Source: Octopus vulgaris
Lineage: Eukaryota
Assembly (NCBI GenBank): GCA_951406725.2
Contig: OX597820.1
Location: forward strand, 10,912,001 to 10,976,000
Length of the DNA: 64,000 bases
Direction: 5' to 3'
In this document: positions 54,723 through 64,000 of the stretch, one piece after another
Position numbering within the stretch: the first letter of the stretch is position 1
Layout of the letters: each line of letters begins with the position of its first letter
Position numbers and translations under genes: made by a program
The notes under the pieces: generated by a model
Told to the model about the DNA's origin: nothing
The model's input: the letters and a program-made list of their open reading frames with translations, nothing else
The model's database searches: none

Positions 54723-56499
54723 TGCATATATTTTTGTGCGCAACATATACACAAACACTTATAATATAGTTATAAACAGATATACATACAGTTAGGCACC
54801 TAGAGATATTTATGTATGTGTGTGTGTGTGTGTGTGCTAATTTTATCTTAAATTTGATATTTCAGTGTAAAGTTTTAAATGTTTTATAGAAATATAACCA
54901 AAGAATAATCATATTCATGTTAATAACAACAGTAATAACAACCATATCGTAATGATAGCAACACTAATAATCATAACAATGAAAGCAGCAACCACAACCA
55001 CCACCACTACCACCACAACAACAACAACAATAACAACAAAAAATACAATTGTAATACTAATGATTATATAACAGAATTCCTTCGAGTTATTAGGATAATT
55101 AATCTAGAGGTTACACTAATTACTTAGAACATTATACATACATATACAATAATATATATAGTTTTGTTTATATTATTCGGTTTAATTATGCTGTTATTGA
55201 TGGTAATTTGCAATGCCTTCACAAATATCTAAAATTCGTTATTTTGTAGCATCTTTTGTAGTTATTGTTTGTTATGTTAATAGATTCTTCACGATTTTAT
55301 TTACGCAAACGAAGCTGAAATAGTTTATTCAAATCCAATCTATACTTCCGTAGTCATTATAATAATGAAACCACTCTAGAATTAATTAAACAAGTCAAAG
55401 GCAAACTTAATTTGGCATAAGACTTTCTTTTCCTTCTTCTTTCATTTTATTATTTTATATTTTTATATATTTTTGTTTTGTTTTGCTTATTTTATTCTGC
55501 TTTATTGCATTGCGTACGGCTAAGATTAATCTGATAAATGTATCTTAGTTTTGTCTGAAAATACAAAATCTCAGAATATACTTTTATTTATTTATTTATT
55601 TATTTGTATTTGTCTTCTTATTAAAGTCTGCAATATTTTGGTCAACAAGAAAATAATAAAACTTCGTTGTTTGTTGTGAAAATCAATTAGCCCCATTTTT
55701 CAGGTCTGTAGAATTCAACAGCCTGTAGCATCTAACCTCACCTCTATTGCTAAAACTACTTTAATTCAACATACACATATGTGCACACGAATATTAGCAC
55801 ACACACAAAAACGCATATAGACAAACACACATACACACGCACACGCATATAAAACTGCATACATAATATGGCGCCGTCAGCAACAAGTGTTCTCTTAGAG
55901 ACTTCATTTAAAAATTTTGTTCTTCAGCTTTTTCTTTAACATTGAATTGACCTAACCCGGCCAACATTCGTAACATACATTTTCTTGTTATTTACATAAG
56001 AGAAACAGTTTTATAACTGAATATTTTAATGTTATTTAGATTATATAAAATTATTTCCAGCTTGTGGAAATTCGCGGCAACAATCATGGTTGCCACTAGT
56101 AACAATAATACCATTTCTGTCATCAACAATTCTACGAAATTTGTGAACTATCAAAACATTTAGATATGAACTATCAGAAAGTCCTTGAAAACCGCATCAA
56201 TCACTTAAAATAATACTGGGTTTAACATAAACCCAAGCGCAATCCACTTCATAAGTGATATCAATGATGATTTTCGTCCTTCGTGAGGAAGCTGACCGAC
56301 ATACCGTCGACTTCGTCTCTATCATCACTACCAAATTCTTATTTAAATTTGCTTTAGGCGATGTATCTACATTACGTATGATACACAAATGACTGTTATA
56401 TAGCCCCGTGTAAAATTAATCTGAGAGAGATGAATGTGGAATATCTATAAATTACAATGAATTTCCGACTAGAATTTAAGGGAGAATTCTTCAAAATTC

Positions 56500-57300
56500 T
56501 TGAACATTTTTTGCGGCCAATAAACGGTTCTTGACATTAGTTAAAAACTCACAACCATTCTGGATATAAAAGTAATCGATGATATCCTTAAAGATGACAT
56601 GGAACTGCGATAATACAAATTCAAACATCAATTTGAATTTCTTATATAAACACCATCAAAATATTTGTATTATATTTGGTAATGGAATTATTCAAACTAA
56701 GCACTCTCAATGGATTACAAAGCTAGAAGAAAATACTAACAACACTCTTAGTAGAATTGGTAAGATGGTTACATTATCATAAGGTACACAATCATAAATA
56801 CATCATATCCCAACTAAGAAGAAACAAATTGATTAAAACGGCGGAAGTTCTGTCTTCAACTCTTGAGGTGTAATTAACTGTCTTAAACTATGATGACATG
56901 AAGTTGGGTGAGAAAACTCGCTTTTGAAAACGAAATCATCAATGAATGTGTCTAGCGCTTAATTGTGGATGAAAGTCAAATCCTCCCTCTGAAAAGAGCC
57001 CTTTCAAGGAGACCAGAAGTTATTTTGGTCAAAGATATTAATTGAAAAATTAGGATGACAGCCATAATGTATCATGAGTGAACACAATCAAGAATGAATA
57101 TTGAAAAACACTAGTAGTTAAAATCTATACAACTGTCTCCAGAATGCGTACAAAGGTTATGAGAAAGCTATATAATACGAAGGCTGCAAGTAGAGGACAA
57201 CGTTCTACTGAACAGCTGTTACGTGTATATTAGAAATAACTACAGAATAACAAATTGACATATCATGCTTGCCTAAACATTATGCATAACCTTTGAGGAG
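56500..57300 (+). pseudogene. Possible very old R4/Dong-like reverse transcriptase remnant
   Basis: INCL/NYDDMKL at ~56872-56906 resembles INHLLYMDDLKL; QWITKL upstream; heavily frameshifted. Confidence 0.3.
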
Positions 57301-58610
57301 GCTCTTTGTATGAATCCTTTTGCGATCATCGATATTCTAAGTAGCTGATGAGCAAGCAACTGGAAAGAGAGGAGTGGTGTTTAATGGTGCTGAAAACAGT
57401 TAATTAGTACAGGTGAGCTCTCGAAGTAAAACAAATAAAAAGGCAAAGTATTATCCTCGAAGAAATATGGTTTGATTAGAAAAAAATATGTTTGGCTCTG
57501 TCTATTATCATGTTTCGAATGGCTGCATTATATGATTCTGGTAAATACGGAACTTGCTATCTATTCTGTTGCTATTAATAGGCTTACACAACCTGGTTAA
57601 ATAACTGTTTCTTTACTATCCACAAGGGGCTAAAAACCTGGTTAAATAACTTCAGCTGTGTAACTAAAAGTACACCTGTGTTCTCTGATATAAATCTTTT
57701 GAATGAAAATTTTATGGAAACTGCAGCTTTTACCTTTACTTACCTCAGCGATAAGTCCATACAAAGGGCTACTAGGAGGACATAGGTAAAACAAATCAAG
57801 TCTTCCAAACGCAAGAATAAGTATGCCATTCAGCAAAAAAATATACGCTCATATCTTTATCCAATAATTTTTTACGGGTATTCAAATTCAATTAATAATG
57901 GAAAAATTTCATATGAAAGTAATGAATTGAAAGTTAATGGAAAATTCAGGAAAAATGTTTAGTTGTCATTCTTAATAAAATAATTTTTCTTTAAACGTCA
58001 TAGCTGCTAAGAATTTAGCACGGTCCAAAACGGATCAATTTTGATGTTTTCGGTGTGTTTTTTTTGGATTATGATACTTTTGGCGGGTGGATTTGTAGAG
58101 GAGATCTACTGAGAAATCAGGAAAATTGTGTATTTTTAGGAATACTATTTAGATGTTATGATTTACACAGAAGGTAGAACATGTAGAGATTCCCATTTGG
58201 CATACGCGGCAGAATGCACGAAACACAACTTGATTTATTGGTTGTGCAACAGAACAACTAAGCAAAATATTTCATGTACACAGATATGACGTCGGGCGCA
58301 ATAACAGTGGTTCGAAAGTACTTGCCGAGCATTTTGCTTCAAACGGCTGCAATTTTGAAAAAAGACTTGAAAGTTCATATTCTCAGAAAGTATTCTGAAT
58401 CTGCTTCACTTTCAATACATGTGGAGAAACATGTTTGCGAGTTATTAACACCACGCCCTGGGGGAATGTGGAGGAATGGATAACATGATAGAATATCATC
58501 AAATTTATACAAAACTGTTTGATTAAATGTTGTTTTTTCCTTTATTTCTTTCTTTTTTCTGCCTCTTTCTTTTCGACAGTTATAAAATAATAATAATAAT
58601 AATAATAATA

Positions 58611-59010
58611 ACCAGTTGAGCATGTCCCTTAGTGGCTGACGATATGTGCATCTCTGATCACGAGCAGAAGTAGTGGGGGAGCATCATAGCCATGTGTTGA
58701 GAGGGATTCTTTGGGGTTTGAATAATTCACCTCTGGAAACATGGGTGGTTCTTTCAACATCCTTAAACAACCCGTATTCAGGGACCTTTTGAGCGGGATG
58801 GGCTACTCAACCTGAAGAAATTTTTAACTGGGCCCCACCTGCAAGGTCATGTGCTGTTTATCTTGATATGAGATCACCCTGTCACGCGCATATGGTTGTG
58901 ATGCATGTGCCTGGTGTACCCTTATCAGACGGGTAGTCATGATGGGTATATTGGGCTTCGTATATTTTACCCCAGTGTCACTTTCATGGCATGAACTGCT
59001 CTCTCACTCA
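58611..59010. mobile_element. ~400-bp GC-richer insert bracketed by (AAT)n
   Basis: (AAT)n at 58586-58611 and 59010-59022; abrupt composition change. Confidence 0.5.
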
Positions 59011-59828
59011 ATAATAATAATAGTCACGGCCAAATCATTATACACGTTGCACATTTATTCAACAAATACTTATACAGATTTATATTGTTGACGTATGTGT
59101 TTGGAAATTACTTCATAATGAAACAAAGAGAAAACAATGTTTTCCATTAGTTTTGTCTAAAGCGAGAGCAAGGTCATTATTAATAGGTGTGATGGAACTT
59201 GTTCAATAAAATTAGATGAAGAGAGAATCAATGTGTTCTTACCGTTTTTCATCGATCGTCTCTTGTTTCGTGTAATGTTGCTTTCATAAAAATTAATTGT
59301 AGAGGTGTTCTCAAATAATGTTGAAGAGTAGAAGTCAAAAGTTTATTTATATTTTATATTATTAATGTAATTTTAGTTCAGACAATTCGACAATATCCTG
59401 TAATTTTATCAATTTATCATTTGCCAAGTATATGAATTGTAACCTTGGAAACTGATAGTTCTGAGAAAATTCGTGTGAAAATTTCTCATACGGTTTGAAT
59501 AGTTCTTTTCTTTTTGTTTGTATCGTTTTTCGCTTGGTGTTTACATAATAAGCGACATATGTGATTCTAGTAATTAAAGAGGGGCACTACATTGTATACT
59601 ACAATTTTAGTAAATGAAGTTCTATTTATTAGTACTGGTTAGTTTAATGTGGAGGCTATTTATGAGATGATTCTATCGAGAATGCCCTTCTATGTAGGCG
59701 CAAATATAGCACTGTGGTTAAGAAACTAAATTTGCAAACAAATGGTTCGTCGGGTTCAGCCCTACCGCTTTGGGGCGAATAATGCCTTGGGATTGAACTT
59801 ATAGACGGAAAAATGTGAGAAAACCCAA

Positions 59829-60060
59829 GGCGGCGAGCTGGCAGAAACGTTAGCACGCCGGGTGAAATGTGTAGCCGTATTTCGTCTGCCGTTACGTTCT
59901 GAGTTCAAATTCCACCGAGGTCGACTTTGCCTTTCATCCTTTCGGGGTCGATACATTAGGTACCAGTGACGCACTGGGGTTGATGTAATTGACTTAATCC
60001 GTTTGTCTGTCCTTGTTTTTTCTCTCTGTGTTTGGCTCCTTGTGGGTAGTAAAGAAATAG
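59829..60060 (+). mobile_element. SINE family A nested in a decayed SINE B
   Basis: 17-bp TSD AAATGTGAGAAAACCCA at 59811-59827 and 60061-60077. Confidence 0.92.
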
Positions 60061-60564
60061 AAATGTGAGAAAACCCAGCGTGAAATTCGCAAGCACATCA
60101 GGCAAGATTTAAAAACGAGTAAACAATAACTTGTTTAGTAATCCATTGGTTTTCAACAAGTGAAATTACAAATCCGAATACTAATATATAATATGCTCAA
60201 ATGTCCCGAATCTGTTAATCAAGAATAGCATATAGTTGGTAGGGGCTTGCACAGTGTATTGTAGAATCTAGTAGTATAAAAACATCTATCGAAACCGTTG
60301 TAACAACACTTGAAAACTGTTCGTTTATTTTTAATATTATTTTACACCACACACAAAGTTTCATTCTTCGTTGGATACTATGAATATCACTGGAATTGTG
60401 AATTACCTAACAATAGTGTGTTTACTCCATCAATGCTTTCAACGCGGGGATCAATTCGTTGCACTAAAATTCTTCAAGGCATTGTCCCAACAAGGCCGCA
60501 GTCTAATTACTGGAACAAGTAAAAGCTAGAAAATAAAAGATATATATATATATATATATATATA

Positions 60565-60762
60565 TACTTTATTTAAAAGCAGCAGAAATTCAAAAAAACC
60601 TGTTACTCTGAATTTCACGTCCCTGTTCGTCGGACAAAACTGTCCGACGAACGGGAACACGTTTTGTTGAATTTCTGCCGCTTTTAAATAAAGCATATTA
60701 CTCTACCCCTGGTATTTGAGTACTCTTTTTTCCATCTTGTTTCACATTTATGTGTTTACTCT

Positions 60763-60765
<3 letters not shown>
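60565..60765 (+). mobile_element. Fold-back hammerhead-like element in (TA)n
   Basis: Hairpin at 60565-60695; minus arm reads UUGU-CCGACGA-ACAGGGACGU-GAA-AUUC(A)GAGU-A-ACAG. Confidence 0.75.
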
Positions 60766-60821
<56 letters not shown>

Positions 60822-60844
60822 ATGTATGTATGGATAGATGGATG

Positions 60845-61166
60845 ATGACCGTCCACCCGTGACCGAGGAAGACCATTGCTGACCTTTAGGAACATTGTGG
60901 GCTCTAGGACTAATTTATATTTTGTATTTGCGGCTCTGTTGGTGTCTAATGAACCCTGCTCTTGAGAAGCATACACGACTGCAAACATTGCAATCCAAGC
61001 TTCCCCATTCACTACACCAACAGTGCGCTTTTGAGCAGGTCACCTAAGTTCTTCATGCAGAATTCGTGATCTCTCAAAGGTGTCGACCCCCACCTTAACC
61101 TGCTTCCTCCATCTGTGGCGATGGCATGCATTACTTTCCCAGTCAGTCTCCTGCATATCACAGATT
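60845..61166 (-). mobile_element. RTE-clade LINE 3' end
   Basis: ICDMQETDWESNACHRHRWRKQVKVGVDTFE is typical of the RTE C-terminus; short-repeat tail. Confidence 0.8.
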
Positions 61167-62357
61167 CTGGCAAATATTCTTCTTACCCGCCTGAATGTGT
61201 GTCTCGTAAATTGTCCTATCTGAACTTCAATGTGGCTTCCAATATGGTAGTGAGACAATGGATATGATTTTCACCACAAGGCAGATGTAGAAGTACTATG
61301 AGCAGAATATGGATCTTGTCCAGGTATTCATTGATTTAACGAAGGCCTTTGATACTGTGAATAAGGTCTTGCTATGAAAAATACTTGGCCAACTTGGATG
61401 TCCAGATCACTTTGTATCTATAATTAAATCATTTCATGGTGGGATGGAGGCTTGGAGCAATGTTGGTGGTGGCATGGTGGGACCCATTCCTGTAGAGAAT
61501 AGTGTCAAACAGGGTAACATCCTTGCCCCAACTCTCTTTTCTTTGTACTTTGCTGCTGCTTTTACTCATGCTTTTGCTAAGGTTATCTCTCTAAGAATAT
61601 ATGCCAGGTAGCGATCTTCTGTCCACTTTAATCTGCGTCAATTTGCTGCCAATTCAAAAGTTTTCCAGTCTCTTATTCGTGACCTCCTTTATGCAGATGA
61701 CTATGACTTAGTCACTCATACAGTTGGATGACATGCAAATACTTATGAATCGTATTTCTGCTTCTTTCAAGGTATTTGGACTCAGCATTAGCCTGGACAA
61801 GACCGTTGTAATGTTCCAGCCTGCACCAGAAAATCCATATGTGGAACCAGCTATCTTGGTTGAAGGAACAATTCTGAAAGTGGTAGAGAAGTTTATCTAC
61901 CTGAACAGCACACTCAGGCGGTTTTCCTCCCTAGGTGTGAAATATCTTTCAGGCTGCAGCGAGCAACTTGTTCCTTCCGGTCTCTTCAGTCTCGTATCTG
62001 GTCCCAGCAGGGCATCACAAGGCAAACAAAAATTGCTGTGTACTGTGCATGTATACTGACACCACTCATTTACTCTTGTGTACATGGACTCTTTACAAAC
62101 GTCATATAAGAGTCCTTGAACGCTTTCATCAGAGATGTCTCAGACACATTCTGAGTGTTAGCAGGACCTTAAAATCTCCAGACACACAGGTCCTGAGGAC
62201 AGCTGATATCTTGCGTATTGAGGCGATGGTGCAGAAGCACTGGTTACGTTGTACTGGACACCTTATTAGAATGAAGGATAGCAGGGTCCCTAAGCAGTTG
62301 CTATATGGGGAACTTGTGAATGGAAAGAGACCCCGGCAGAAACCAGGGCTTCGATTT
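61162..62357 (+). pseudogene. RTE-clade LINE reverse transcriptase, decayed and inverted relative to its 3' end
   Basis: QCGF, FIDLTKAFDTV, VKQGNILAPTLFSLY, LLYADD, LERFHQRCLR, PKQLLYGEL motifs. Confidence 0.92.
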
Positions 62358-62572
62358 TATATGCATGGATACATACACACACACACACGTAATTATAATC
62401 TGGCTTTAACATAGTCACACACGTGTGTGTGTGTGTGTGTGTACTTATATATATATATGTTCATGCATGTGTATCTTGAATGTGTATCTTGAACAGTTCG
62501 GTTGAATGAACAAAAGCGCTAATAGAGAACAATCGAAAATTCTGACCGACTCCTCCTTCTGTATATATGTGT

Positions 62573-62627
<55 letters not shown>

Positions 62628-63195
62628 TGTATGGTTGTTGTGATTGTGAGTTATAGCGTCCAGAAAGTTGATGGAGTTGAAAGAGTTTATTATTCCTAAG
62701 CCTATTTCAATATGAATGATATGTAACTGACATCACAGGTGCAACGATCATCTTCTTCAGTTAGGCTAGGGCTGACTTAGAGATAAACAGGATTTAGAAT
62801 TAGACGAGTAGATATGAATGTTACCAACGTCTGTCCTGTTGACTATATTAAAGCCAGATTATAATTGCCGAGAGATTTGGATAACATCTTACTTTGATTG
62901 CATTATATGTAAGTCTCAGCCATAATTTCTTTCTTTGTGCGTACAGGTTTGTCGATATTCTATAAAAATACGATCTATATTACTGGTATATTCTTATACA
63001 TTTATCAGACATCAGAAATATGTTCAGACATATGAAGTTTTTGAGAACATCGCATCTATCTATAAATTTCAACCAGGATATAATAATTCTGTTTTATTTA
63101 TTCAAGACCAGCAGTCCTACTTGAGAACTATGTCAAGGGGTACACGTGACTTCGGAATACTCAACCTATTTGAATTCTAATTCAATGAGTATATT

Positions 63196-63511
63196 CTTTC
63201 CTACTCTAAGCACAAGGCCCGAAATTTTGGGGGAGGGGTCCAGTCGATTAGATCGACCCCAGTACGCAACTGGTACTTAAGTTAACTCCATGAGTATATT
63301 TATTTCTTTATTGCCCAATGGGGGCTAAACATAGAGGGGAAAAACAAGGACAGACAAGGGGATTATATCGACCCCAGTAATTAACTGGTAATTAATTTAT
63401 CGACGCCGAAAGAATGAAAGGCAAAGTCGACCTCGGCGGAATTTGAACTCAGAATGTAAAGGCAGACGAAATACCGCTAAGCATTTCGCCCGGCCTGCTA
63501 ACGCTTCTGCT
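63196..63511 (-). mobile_element. SINE A copy plus a 3' fragment of the alternative-tail variant
   Basis: ATGAGTATATT occurs at 63185, 63290 and 63524. Confidence 0.85.
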
Positions 63512-64000
63512 TTATTTAATTCAATGAGTATATTGTGCAGCTGTTTGAGCATCTGGACACTCATAAAAGAAATCATTATAATCTTCACAAATATAACTGA
63601 CATTGCTTCTATAAAATTGGAAATATTTTATTAGTCGCTTGAGCGCACCAGTTGGAAAAAATTATTTTAATCAAACTAAACGTGTTTGGAAATTCGAATT
63701 TCTGTGATTAAAATATTGCTTGCTGAATTAATGGTGGTCATAATATCTACGATAATGATGATAACTCTCATTCCGTCTTGCACCGTAGCAGTTATTTAGG
63801 ATCTAAATAACGACCATATCGAGATACTGATGATGCATGTCAAAAGTGTGTAAGCTCAACATATGCCGCGAGTGTTTCTTTAGTTTATAACAATAAGTTG
63901 AACCCCTAAAGTCTACGGATTACTTTGCATTACTGAGACACAGATTAGGATTTCCAGTCGACTTAGTCATCCTTAGATAAGAGCGACGTGATAACTGCTT

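Noticed and set aside
56197-56388. 63-aa minus-strand ORF as a host exon
   Set aside because: No recognisable domain or convincing splice sites; adjoins a probable decayed RT on the other strand

Overview
AT-rich, repeat-dominated animal genomic DNA. The SINE families and the extreme (TA)n/(CA)n/(ATC)n content suggest an octopus or other coleoid cephalopod (inference). There is no intact long protein-coding gene, and almost all ORF-track entries are microsatellite or SINE read-throughs. The window holds many tRNA-derived SINEs (three main families, several with 12-17 bp TSDs), non-autonomous Helitrons, and decayed mariner/Tc1, hAT and possibly MULE transposons. LINE fragments include an R4/Dong RLE end inserted in (TAA)n, a CR1-like 3' end, an RTE with a twin-priming-like 5' inversion and a gag-like ORF1. 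A Penelope GIY-YIG 3' end is also present. The most striking signal is at least six sequence-unrelated short elements carrying minimal type-I hammerhead ribozyme folds. All have a palindromic, dimer-type stem III, most sit in (TA)n tracts and several have a fold-back 5' arm. Some carry recurrent non-canonical cores (A6U/C, U4C). This suggests a diversified Penelope-pLTR/retrozyme-like system. A phase-compatible chain of three short + strand exons may encode the Cys-rich C-terminus of a host protein. All calls were made by eye and boundaries are approximate.
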